A stretch of DNA of 64,000 nt from Candidatus Melainabacteria bacterium 17Bon1m (lineage in GTDB: Bacteria > Cyanobacteriota > Vampirovibrionia > Obscuribacterales > Obscuribacteraceae), in assembly GCA_032128875.1 (NCBI GenBank), contig JAVLKG010000001.1, forward strand, positions 985,453-1,049,452, written 5' to 3'. Both the position numbers and the translations under genes were made by a program. The notes beneath the pieces are model-generated. The model saw only the letters and a program-made list of their open reading frames with translations, did no database searches and was not told where the DNA came from. Below, piece after piece: positions 8,596 through 17,498 of this stretch. Each line of letters begins with the position of its first letter. Positions within the stretch are counted from its first letter, which is position 1.

Positions 8596-9501
8596 CTAAC
8601 TAGCTTTCTTTTGCGCTGCCGAACGTTTCTTTCCGGCGGTTGCGCGGCTTACCTTATTGGCTGCTTTATGAACCGTTTTACGCGCGGCGGTCGTAGTTTT
8701 CTTCGCCGCTGATTTGGTCGCAGAAGTTGCTTTCTTTGCAGCTTTCGCGACGGTTTTCGTTGCCTTCTTCACTGTAGCTTTAGCCTTAGTTGCTGGTTTA
8801 GCCTTTCTTGCTGGTGCCTTCTTGGCAGTCGGCTTCTTAGCTGTCGATTTCTTAGCTGTCGATTTCTTAGCTGTCGTCTTTTTAGCCGTTGCTCTTTTCG
8901 GTGCCGCTTTCTTTGCCGTAGGCTTTTTAGCTGATTTCGCTTTCGGTTTAGCCGCAGCTTTTTTAGCAGTCGGTTTTCTGGTCGACTTAGCAGCAGTTTT
9001 CTTGGCGGTCTTCGCTTTAGGCTTAGCAGCCTTCTTAGCAGTCGATTTCTTCGCCGTGCTACGTGCTTTGGTCGCAGCAGATTTACGAGTAGCTTTCTTC
9101 CGAGGCTTCTTCGGAGCGAATTCTTCTCTCAACTCTTCGTTTCTCTCTTCTTGACCGTCAGGCGTGATAGCGCTAACCAGGTCTTTCACTCTTGCTTGAA
9201 TCTTCTTAGGTGACAGCTGTTTTGTCACATCTTTTGCCATCTTTCTAGCATCAGCAGACATACGTTTTGGACTCATCGTCTTCCGCATTTTCTTCGCTTC
9301 ATTCAAAAGATTTTCAGGACTAAGTTTTTCGGCAAGGTCTTTCACCTCACCCTTCAGATTATCGGGGGTCATCTTTTCTGCTAATTCTTTGGTCTCGGTC
9401 GCGACCTTATCTGTCATTTCCTTAACGCCTTCGGCGAGCGTTTCGGCCTCGGCTTCAATCGTTTCGGCGATGAAGTCAACCAACTTTTCCACTTTGCCCA
9501 T
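8596..9501 (-). CDS. histone H1-like Lys/Ala-rich protein with N-terminal amphipathic repeats
   Basis: C-terminal AKK/KPK/TAKK repeats; ATG 9501 with GGAGGAGG RBS. Confidence 0.8.
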   Translation of the reverse strand: MGKVEKLVDFIAETIEAEAETLAEGVKEMTDKVATETKELAEKMTPDNLKGEVKDLAEKLSPENLLNEAKKMRKTMSPKRMSADARKMAKDVTKQLSPKKIQARVKDLVSAITPDGQEERNEELREEFAPKKPRKKATRKSAATKARSTAKKSTAKKAAKPKAKTAKKTAAKSTRKPTAKKAAAKPKAKSAKKPTAKKAAPKRATAKKTTAKKSTAKKSTAKKPTAKKAPARKAKPATKAKATVKKATKTVAKAAKKATSATKSAAKKTTTAARKTVHKAANKVSRATAGKKRSAAQKKAS

Positions 9502-9614
9502 GAGTTTTCCTCCTCCTATTCCCGAGGTAGGACCGAGCGAGGTGCGAAACGGTTCCAAGAAGGTAAGTTTTTTTATCTTTGTCTCGTACCATTGTGGCCT
9601 TTAGGACACGGATT

Positions 9615-9641
9615 GGAATGCCGGTGCGTAGCCGGCATTCC
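9615..9641. repeat. perfect palindrome (REP-like or terminator)
   Basis: GGAATGCCGG-tgcgtag-CCGGCATTCC. Confidence 0.5.
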
Positions 9642-9654
9642 GCAATGGTGCCTG

Positions 9655-9900
9655 TTATCCCCATCCACCTTTCTGGATTTTCTCCAAATGCTTTCGAATC
9701 CAGCGCATCAGAGTTATCGCTTTCACCTGTGCGGGGAAAATTCCTGTGCCGGTATCTGCAACGGGGATTGGAAACTCAAACATTGAGCTCCCGGTTTCCT
9801 TTTCTTTCTCGGCGCAGATGCGATACCAAAGGTCGCCATCGCGATAACAAACAAATTCAGCCGAGGTATTCTTCACCAAGCTCTTCAAAGAAATAGTCAT
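9655..9900 (-). CDS. small conserved hypothetical protein (81 aa)
   Basis: ATG 9900 with GAGG RBS; YRDGDLWY..FPIPVADTGTGIF..KAITLMRWIRKHL looks like a genuine conserved family. Confidence 0.75.
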   Translation of the reverse strand: MTISLKSLVKNTSAEFVCYRDGDLWYRICAEKEKETGSSMFEFPIPVADTGTGIFPAQVKAITLMRWIRKHLEKIQKGGWG

Positions 9901-10300
9901 TGTTCTTTCCTCAATAATGATTTGAACGCGTTGCAAACTGGACGCCTGCCAAGCAAGCGCCGAAGACTTGATCGTGCGAATTCTATGCACGCCAAAATCG
10001 TGTCCACTAGGGACATAAATGTGTTTTACCGCGAGCGTCGCTCTAGCTGTTTAGCCGCCTAGCTACGCCCGCACTGCGTCGTCAACGCGGAAGTCCGGTC
10101 TGAAATCTTTGTTCGAAAATGAGAGCGCAAAAGCTGCCGGCCGTTCCAACAAAACGGCGGCGTTTGAACTGCAAGGTGTACTCATCAGTCGCATGACTGC
10201 CAAACTCTCTAATCGGAGAACAGCTTTCAGCTTACACTTCTAAAAGCAAAAGCGTCAACTGGCTCTTTTCAAAATTTGATTCGATGGTATGATCGGTTTT

Positions 10301-10455
10301 GTAGGAATCGACGACTCGAGTGGAGGGCTGTACCATGTTTAACCAAGTGAATCGCAGCCGCCACTGCTTTCAAGCGTAGCGCGATAACCTTTAGACTTCA
10401 AATACAACTGTTCGAGTTCGCAATCTCGAATATGGAGAACTGCCGTCGTATTGCA
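10301..10455 (+). ncRNA. candidate structured ncRNA (6S RNA-like)
   Basis: Extended -10 TGGTATGAT (10285-10293); complementary ends (GAATCGACGAC / GCCGTCGTATTGC); internal hairpin; A/C-rich unpaired segments. Confidence 0.35.
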
Positions 10456-10549
10456 TAAACGGGCTAATTACCCGTTGCAATTGCGGTTATCCATTGGCGT
10501 GCGCGGGTGCGTATCGCCTGTTTCGATGCGAATTTGGAGCAATTTACAG

Positions 10550-11890
10550 ATGAAATCTAAGAAGTTGACGAAGCGCGAATTTGAACGCGCGATAAAACTA
10601 GGTTTGGGGCGCGCATTTTTACATGTGCATGATTATGGTGATAAAGGAGTTGAGCGAATCATTGAACGTTCGATACTCACCGATTATGTCTATGACAATC
10701 AATTTGAAGGGAGCAGAGGGTGGTGGACCTTCAGTATGATTTTGAATACCGGAAAGATTCGAGACTACGCAGAATTCTTTCTGAAGAATATTGGTCGTGG
10801 AAATCTCAGTCCAGTGGACATGTTCCATCAACTAAATCTCGCAGGCTATTTCTTTGAGCAGGGGTTCACTGAGTTTCGCCCACACATTTTTGAATTGGCG
10901 ATGCGTTTGCTCGCACTTCGTGACTATAAAATCGGGTCTTTGCGAGAGTTAATTTCTGTCGGTGGAGAAGCTGGACTCCAGTACGGTTTGGTTGAACTTT
11001 GTAAGTCCGAAACCGAGCTTATTACATTTTCTTGGGAGTGCAATGAAATCTATGAGTTCGCAGAAGACAATATGTTCTCTGTGAGTAAAGCGCTAGATAA
11101 AATTGAGAAACAATTTCCTGATACTAAGCATTTTCGCGAAGCTGTTAACGCTCACCGATCTGAGAAGTTGACTCCCTGTGAGGAGGAGCAACCGCCAACG
11201 CTGGAAGAGATATTAGAGTTTCTCGATTCTTGCAGTTCTTTTGTTCGAAATTACAGAGTTTCGCGCTTTGGTCGAATTGCGAGTGATGAAAATATTGCAG
11301 TCATCTATAATCGCTTGGCTGAAGCCACTACTGAAGTTCAGCAACACGCATGTATTCTGGCATTTTGCGACAGAAAGCTTCCTGTGATTGAAGACAAAGT
11401 ATTGAAGATGCTTGAGGCTAAGAATGAAAAACTTCGCCGAGCGTGTGCGAATGCACTTTCGAACTGTACGCACATGAAGATCAGGCGTAAAGCAAGACAG
11501 ATGCTTAGAGCAGATGATGTTGAAACAGTAATCTTTGGATTTAGGTTGTTGGAAAGCAACTATCGTTCGACCGATGCGAGCCTAATCTTGGAAGCTCTCA
11601 TGAAACTTCGAAAAGTGGATGACATTCATTCCGCAGGGGTGGCATTGAAGCGATTAAGCCGAGTTGAAGAGCGCAAGGAATTGAAAGATTGTTTTCTCTG
11701 GCTTTATGAAAACGGTCCTGAATCATGGTGTCGTGCTGAGTTTGTGAAAACACTCTGCAGATGGGAAGAATGTCCTGACGAAATTTTGTATGAGTCAGAA
11801 TGGGATTCGGGAGACGAGGCACAAGAGTGTGCAAGAAACGTGCTGACCGCTCGTGAGTTGGAAAAAAATGGAGGGCATATACCGCTTTAG
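10550..11890 (+). CDS. hypothetical HEAT-repeat-like protein
   Basis: ORF 10451..11890, likely start ATG 10550; helical repeats (VLKMLEAKNEKLRRACANALS). Confidence 0.7.
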   Translation: MKSKKLTKREFERAIKLGLGRAFLHVHDYGDKGVERIIERSILTDYVYDNQFEGSRGWWTFSMILNTGKIRDYAEFFLKNIGRGNLSPVDMFHQLNLAGYFFEQGFTEFRPHIFELAMRLLALRDYKIGSLRELISVGGEAGLQYGLVELCKSETELITFSWECNEIYEFAEDNMFSVSKALDKIEKQFPDTKHFREAVNAHRSEKLTPCEEEQPPTLEEILEFLDSCSSFVRNYRVSRFGRIASDENIAVIYNRLAEATTEVQQHACILAFCDRKLPVIEDKVLKMLEAKNEKLRRACANALSNCTHMKIRRKARQMLRADDVETVIFGFRLLESNYRSTDASLILEALMKLRKVDDIHSAGVALKRLSRVEERKELKDCFLWLYENGPESWCRAEFVKTLCRWEECPDEILYESEWDSGDEAQECARNVLTARELEKNGGHIPL

Positions 11891-12948
11891 TGCGGAATGA
11901 CTTCGCCTTTGACTCTGGTCTCGCGGAGGACACCAGCTCCTTGACCCGAAGCGCCCGTGCGAAGTGCGGCAGCGCCGTTCGTTGAGCGCAATTGCGCAGA
12001 AGTTTGTTGCCCCGTGATGGCACCATTCAAGCTCTGCGCCTGGGCTCTCATTGGTTTTACCGTAGGAGGAATTTTCGAATAATTGCGAACGTATAAATTG
12101 GTTCCAACCGGATTCAATTTTATATCTCTGTGCTTGTTGTATTCATCGTCAGTTAACTGACGCTCCAAGTCTTCTGCTTGCCGCTGAAGTTCCGCCGATT
12201 TCTCCTGGGCTTCACGCTCATGGCGAGCGGCTTTAGCGTCCCCAATCTGTTTGAGTATTTCAGCGTTGCGGGCTGCTCGGTCTCGCATTGCTTGAAGTTC
12301 GGCGGCGGAAACCGGAGGCAGATCGGCACGTTGTCCACCCGTTTGTGAAAAACGCTCGGCGCTTTCTATCCCGGCTCTACCTTGTGACTCAGCTTTGAGT
12401 CGTTCACCTTTACTCGCCGAATTGCCCGATTCGATTGCGTGTTCTCTTGCACGTGCAGCTTGAAAGCGAATCAATTCCAGTGTTCCTGGTGGAACCTTCT
12501 TAGTGGTTGTTGAACGCGCAGAACCTACAGAACCCTGCGTGGCAGAACCATTTCGGAGAGAAACAGGCCTCGTTCGCTCAACACTGCTGCGCTGTTCTGG
12601 TGGCATCGCGTCAATACGTTTTAGTGCGTTGCGCGAATAGTCAGAAATCACCGAATCTGGTGCAAGCTTGATGACTTGCCTGTATTCACTAGAAGCTTCT
12701 GTCAATCTGGCCAGGCTCATCAGGCAGTTGGCTTTCAAATAGTGAGCGGCGCCGTCGTTCGGTATCTTGTGAAGGTGCAGGTCTACATATTGTATGCCGC
12801 GCTCAAAGTCACCCGTAATGTAGGCCCGATTTGCGAGGTCTAATTCATGCGTTCCATTTGGACCCATCGCCCAAACGCATTGCGACCACAAAAGCAAACT
12901 CGCCGTGCCGGCCAGTGCGAATGCGAATATGTTTTTCCGACTTTTCAT
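11887..12948 (-). CDS. secreted TPR + coiled-coil protein
   Basis: Signal peptide; TPR (AHYLKANCLMSLARLTEASSEYRQVIKLAPDS); coiled coil. Confidence 0.75.
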   Translation of the reverse strand: MKSRKNIFAFALAGTASLLLWSQCVWAMGPNGTHELDLANRAYITGDFERGIQYVDLHLHKIPNDGAAHYLKANCLMSLARLTEASSEYRQVIKLAPDSVISDYSRNALKRIDAMPPEQRSSVERTRPVSLRNGSATQGSVGSARSTTTKKVPPGTLELIRFQAARAREHAIESGNSASKGERLKAESQGRAGIESAERFSQTGGQRADLPPVSAAELQAMRDRAARNAEILKQIGDAKAARHEREAQEKSAELQRQAEDLERQLTDDEYNKHRDIKLNPVGTNLYVRNYSKIPPTVKPMRAQAQSLNGAITGQQTSAQLRSTNGAAALRTGASGQGAGVLRETRVKGEVIPH

Positions 12949-12956
12949 GCGAGCTG

Positions 12957-13364
12957 TTAGCCGTAAACAGTCTGCCCTTCAGGAACCGCGTTGTACTCTA
13001 CTTCGGTCAGTGCGGCATCAAGCGTCGAGAACGTCCCGAGCATAGTGGAAAGGCATGTAGCAACTGTTTCGATTGTAATACGCTGTTGTTCTAGCAACAT
13101 CATCGTTTTGCCTAGCTTTGCAGATTGGGACGGCGTGAAAATGCCACTTTGCTGGAAGACTTGTTCTGCCGGAGTATCGCCCGCCTTCGAAAACGCAACC
13201 TGCAACTGAGCTTCCTGCTGCAAAGTCAGTGCTCCGCTGGTCTGCAAAGCCTTGACCAGAAGCGGTGCGTAGTGGACCTCTTCGCTGGCGCCCGTACTTT
13301 CGACAATATCTTCGGACATACAACCTCCCAGTTGAACCGTCGCCGTGACAACTAGAGCTACCAT
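12957..13364 (-). CDS. hypothetical protein (possible lipoprotein)
   Basis: 135 aa ORF with LGGC lipobox-like motif; start uncertain. Confidence 0.5.
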   Translation of the reverse strand: MVALVVTATVQLGGCMSEDIVESTGASEEVHYAPLLVKALQTSGALTLQQEAQLQVAFSKAGDTPAEQVFQQSGIFTPSQSAKLGKTMMLLEQQRITIETVATCLSTMLGTFSTLDAALTEVEYNAVPEGQTVYG

Positions 13365-13409
13365 GTCTCTTGTACCAGCTTGACTTGCGATTTTGTCAGA
13401 AAATATCTT

Positions 13410-14051
13410 CTATTTCTTAGCCAGGATACTGCCCTGTTGCGAAAGAAGCGGAGTGAATTCTTCCGCCTCGGCGTCGTATGCGTAGATGGTGCCGGTTTCA
13501 ATTTCGTACATCCATGCGTGAAGGGTCACGAGCCCTTTGTCCAATGCTTCTTTGACGGCTGGCAGTGTGCGGACGTGTTCGAGTTGAACCAATACGTTCT
13601 CCAGCACGGTGATGTTCAAAACCTTATCTGGATCTTGATCTCGGTAGTTTGCGTCCAAAATCCGTTTCGTTTCCTCGGCATGTTTTAGCCAGCCTGAGAC
13701 GGTAGGCAATTCGGTCAGCGATTCAGGGTTCAAAAGCCCCTGCATCGCGCCACAGTGTGAATGCCCGCAGACGACGATATCCTTGATTTTGAGAACATCA
13801 ATGCCGAATTCGATAGATGCCTCTTCTCCACTGCCCGAACCTTTTGGGGGCACGATGTTGCCGGCGTTGCGGATAGTGAAGAGTTGTCCCGGCTGCGTCT
13901 GCGTAATCAACGCGGGGTCAACGCGCGAATCTGAACAGGTGATGAATATGGCGTCCGGGTCCTGCCCTTTTGCAAGTTCTGCAAAGAAACGTTTTCTGCT
14001 GGGAACAATTTCGGATTCAAATTTGTGCAGACCGCGAAGGAGCTTTTCCAT
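13410..14051 (-). CDS. beta-class carbonic anhydrase
   Basis: Zn ligands in ITCSDSRV and VCGHSHCGAM; RNAGN motif. Confidence 0.95.
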   Translation of the reverse strand: MEKLLRGLHKFESEIVPSRKRFFAELAKGQDPDAIFITCSDSRVDPALITQTQPGQLFTIRNAGNIVPPKGSGSGEEASIEFGIDVLKIKDIVVCGHSHCGAMQGLLNPESLTELPTVSGWLKHAEETKRILDANYRDQDPDKVLNITVLENVLVQLEHVRTLPAVKEALDKGLVTLHAWMYEIETGTIYAYDAEAEEFTPLLSQQGSILAKK

Positions 14052-14313
14052 GGAACTATCCTTAAAACCGGGTTTGGGGTGAGCTTGGCACCCGCCGAAC
14101 GGACATCTGAAATGCTGGAAAGCTGGTCAGGGGCTTTCCAACCGTGCTTTCAGGCAGTCCAGCCTGCGGCCATTATACAGCTGGCATCCATACGGGAAGC
14201 TTTCTCCGGCGCCCCATGCCATAAGATTCACAAAGATCACGTCAGTTGGAACTTGTGATTAAGTCCGCAGTCCCAAGCAAGAGAACAGACGCCTGATGAC
14301 CGAGGAGACGATC

Positions 14314-14970
14314 ATGAGACTTTTACTTTGGGGATTAGCTGCCGTTGCGCTCTTTGCGACGGAACCAGGAAAACGCTTGCAGCAGAAGGCAGTAAGCAAA
14401 TTCAAAAAATTGAGAGGCGGTGGCGACGAAGAAAAGGCGGAGTCCAACGGCGAGCAGGAGAATGTCGAAGTTGGCGCCAATGGCAAGCCGAGCAAAAAGG
14501 GAGAAGAGGGTGGCAAGAAGCCTGAGAGTGTAAACGGAAAACGTAAGCTTAGAGCGGTTTCGAATGATGAAAATGAAAGTGAAAAGAAGGAATCAAAAAA
14601 TCGCGAGTCAGACAGCGACCAAGCAGAACTCGAGTCTAGCCGTGTTGCGATGAAGGAATCGGCTGAACGTCGTCCAGAAATGGGTGCGGAAGACAACGAA
14701 GACGAAGAAGAGCCACGCATCTTTGAAGAGTCTAATGAAGTTGAAGAATCCTCTGATGAGAAGTCTTCAGATGAATCAGCTGACGAGGAAACGAAAAACG
14801 AAACTGAAGACAAATCTGATGAAGAACAGTCCGAAGATGAAAAAGCCGGTGATGAGAAAGCGAGTGATGAAGAGACTGCAAAAGGTCTAGACCAAAAGAA
14901 AGCTGAAGAGCTGGTTGAAAAACTCAACACCAAACCATCGGCACCGGAAGGTGAATTGAAGTCGGCCTAA
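14314..14970 (+). CDS. acidic low-complexity hypothetical protein with N-terminal hydrophobic helix
   Basis: GAGGAG RBS before ATG 14314; E/D/S/K-rich. Confidence 0.65.
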   Translation: MRLLLWGLAAVALFATEPGKRLQQKAVSKFKKLRGGGDEEKAESNGEQENVEVGANGKPSKKGEEGGKKPESVNGKRKLRAVSNDENESEKKESKNRESDSDQAELESSRVAMKESAERRPEMGAEDNEDEEEPRIFEESNEVEESSDEKSSDESADEETKNETEDKSDEEQSEDEKAGDEKASDEETAKGLDQKKAEELVEKLNTKPSAPEGELKSA

Positions 14971-14983
14971 ACAGCCGGAGCGT

Positions 14984-15949
14984 TCACCCCTGCGTTTTTT
15001 GGGAATGCCGCATTCGGTCAAGCACGACCGCGACCACGATGATGATACCTGTCACAATCTCTTGCACCCAGTTGGATAGTCCCATCTGGGTGCATCCTGA
15101 TCTAATAACGGTCATAATCAATGCGCCCAAAATCGTTCCGAGCACCGAGCCTTCGCCTCCGGCGAGACTACCCCCACCGATTACTACCGCCGCAATAACG
15201 TCCAGTTCCAGACCTGAAGCAACTGTTGGATCGCCGACAGTCAGGCGTGAGAATTGCATTAGTCCTGCGAAGCCAGCGAATAGTCCGCTGATACTGTAAA
15301 TCAAGAGTTTTACCTTCTCAATTGGCACGCCGCACAAACGGGATGCTTGTTCGTTACTGCCAATGGAAAATGTGTACAGGCCGAACCTCGTATATCTCAA
15401 AACCAATGCCACACAAATCGCCAAAAGAACGAGCAGCCATACTCCACCGGGTACAAGCATCCAGCCTTGCTCTGGTTTTAGCGCCGCGAGCAGCTCATTG
15501 ATCCAACTGAGTGGAGCGTCAATTTTTTGTTCGTGAGCCAGACCTTTTGCACACCCCCGATAAACCAGTAGTGTGCCGAGCGTGATGATGAAAGGAACGA
15601 GTTTTAGTCGGGTGATAAGGGCACCATTTATAAAACCGCATAGCAAACCAGTAAGCACACCACCGAATGCGGCAACCAGTGGTGAGCAACCAGCCATAAG
15701 TAACCATGCAATTGCGACTGTTACTAACGCTACGATCGAACCTACGGATAGGTCGATGCCACCACCGATAATGACAAGTGTCATGCCTAGCGATGCGATT
15801 CCCACGATGGTAGTTTGACGAACTATCAACTCGAGATTTTTCAAGCTGATAAAACTCGGCGGGGCGATGATTGCAAATGTGAGGTAAACCAAAATCAGCG
15901 CAGCAAGCGGCATCAATTTGTTTATCCAATCTTTGATCTGCTTGTTCAT
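14984..15949 (-). CDS. sugar ABC transporter permease (RbsC-like)
   Basis: GGIDLSVGS, LVPFIITLG, ELDVIAAVVIGG motifs; ATG overlaps the ATPase stop. Confidence 0.92.
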   Translation of the reverse strand: MNKQIKDWINKLMPLAALILVYLTFAIIAPPSFISLKNLELIVRQTTIVGIASLGMTLVIIGGGIDLSVGSIVALVTVAIAWLLMAGCSPLVAAFGGVLTGLLCGFINGALITRLKLVPFIITLGTLLVYRGCAKGLAHEQKIDAPLSWINELLAALKPEQGWMLVPGGVWLLVLLAICVALVLRYTRFGLYTFSIGSNEQASRLCGVPIEKVKLLIYSISGLFAGFAGLMQFSRLTVGDPTVASGLELDVIAAVVIGGGSLAGGEGSVLGTILGALIMTVIRSGCTQMGLSNWVQEIVTGIIIVVAVVLDRMRHSQKTQG

Positions 15950-17442
15950 GCGATTGCTTCCATCATCACTGAGTGTTCCGACAACTCTTCTATGCATTTC
16001 GGCTCTGACAGCTTTCCTCTGTTCATCACGGCAATGCGGTCACAGGTACCAAGCAATTCCGGTAGATAACTGCTGACCATCAGTACAGCTTTTCCGCTGC
16101 ATGCGAGATTGTCAATTTGTTCGTAGATTTGCTTCTTGCTTCCGACATCAATTCCTCGTGTCGGTTCGTCCAATAAAAGCACATCGACACCGTGATGAAG
16201 CAGCCTGGCTAGAGCGATCTTCTGCTGATTACCACCCGATAGTTCGCCAATGTTCTGCTCTGATGTACGACACTTAACGGAGAGTTTTTCCACCCAAGTA
16301 TTAGCTGTAGCAAGCATTTTTGATGGAGAAAACACTCCGGAGGTTTCGCAACTTTGTGGATAAGAAAGCACCAGATTCTCGGCGATTGTTCTTGTAGTGG
16401 CCAAACCCTCACCCTTTCGATCTTCGCTGACCATGCCGATTCCCTGCGACCACCGTCGAGTGGGCGTGGCATATCCAGAGTATGTTCCGATTTTGACTTC
16501 TCCGCTTTTTATCGAATCTAATCCGAAGATAGAACGAATAAGGTCCGTCCTTCCACTTCCCACCAGTCCGAAAATTCCCAGCACCTCGCCGCGTCGAAGT
16601 TGAAAGGATGCGCTGCGCAGTCTCGCTTCTCCAACTAATGAAGTCAGCTCCAGTAGCGTTTCTCCAAACTGATGCTTGCTCTTAGGATAAAGATCTGTAA
16701 GCTGTCGACCTACCATGAGTGCGACTATTTCGTCGCGTGTCGTCTCACCGATCTTGCCACCACCTACGGTTTTGCCATCCCGTAACACCACAAAGCGGTC
16801 AGCAATTTCTTCTACTTCTTCCAGAAAATGCGATATGTAAATGATGCTGTGGCCTTGAGCCTTGAGATTGCGCATCAAAGTAAAAAGCCTTTGAACATCT
16901 TGTCTCGTGATACTGCTCGTTGGTTCATCGAGAATCAAAACCTCGCAACCAACCGCCCGGGCTCTGGCAATTTCTACAAGCTGCTGATCTGATATCGAAA
17001 GATCACGCACCAGCGTATTGAGCGGGATTTCGTGTCCAAGTTCCTTCAATGCTGTTTCTGCTGCGCTGTGCATTTTTGCGCGATCGAGTATCCAGTTGCT
17101 TCCAAAACAGGATTTCGAAAGTTCCATTCCCAAGAAAATGTTGTCCTGAACAGTCAACGTCGCAGGCAACGAGAGTTCCTGATAAATCATTGCAATGCCG
17201 CGATGCCGAGCTTCTTCAGGATTGCGGGGTGAAAAGGGCTTTCCGTCCAGAGTCATACTTCCTTCATTTGGAATTACCGCACCCGACAAAACCTTCATCA
17301 AAGTGCTTTTGCCAGCGCCGTTTTCTCCAATCAGAGCGACAATTTCTCCAGGCGCCACCGAGAATTCGACACCGTCCAAGGCTACCGTGCCGCCGAAGCG
17401 GACCTTGATGTTGTCTAGTTGGAGTCGTTTTTTTTCGTTCAT
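15946..17442 (-). CDS. sugar ABC transporter ATP-binding protein (RbsA-like)
   Basis: GENGAGKST, LILDEPT, LSGGNQQK; two ABC domains. Confidence 0.95.
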   Translation of the reverse strand: MNEKKRLQLDNIKVRFGGTVALDGVEFSVAPGEIVALIGENGAGKSTLMKVLSGAVIPNEGSMTLDGKPFSPRNPEEARHRGIAMIYQELSLPATLTVQDNIFLGMELSKSCFGSNWILDRAKMHSAAETALKELGHEIPLNTLVRDLSISDQQLVEIARARAVGCEVLILDEPTSSITRQDVQRLFTLMRNLKAQGHSIIYISHFLEEVEEIADRFVVLRDGKTVGGGKIGETTRDEIVALMVGRQLTDLYPKSKHQFGETLLELTSLVGEARLRSASFQLRRGEVLGIFGLVGSGRTDLIRSIFGLDSIKSGEVKIGTYSGYATPTRRWSQGIGMVSEDRKGEGLATTRTIAENLVLSYPQSCETSGVFSPSKMLATANTWVEKLSVKCRTSEQNIGELSGGNQQKIALARLLHHGVDVLLLDEPTRGIDVGSKKQIYEQIDNLACSGKAVLMVSSYLPELLGTCDRIAVMNRGKLSEPKCIEELSEHSVMMEAIA

Positions 17443-17498
17443 CTGATTCGTTTGTTTTCACTCATCTGATTTGGTGCTTTTCACCTTTTCTGATTCGT

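Noticed and set aside
8714-9154. Hydrophobic 146-aa 'membrane protein' ORF on the + strand
   Set aside because: It is the antisense shadow of the AKK repeats of the histone-like gene.
10031-10072. tRNA-like start GCGGGCGTAGCT...AGAGCG on the minus strand
   Set aside because: There is no anticodon arm, T-arm (GTTCGA) or CCA; the 5' end pairs directly with ACGCTCGC as a simple hairpin.
14259-14933. Ser/Phe-rich 224-aa minus-strand ORF
   Set aside because: It is the antisense shadow of the acidic protein, which has the RBS.
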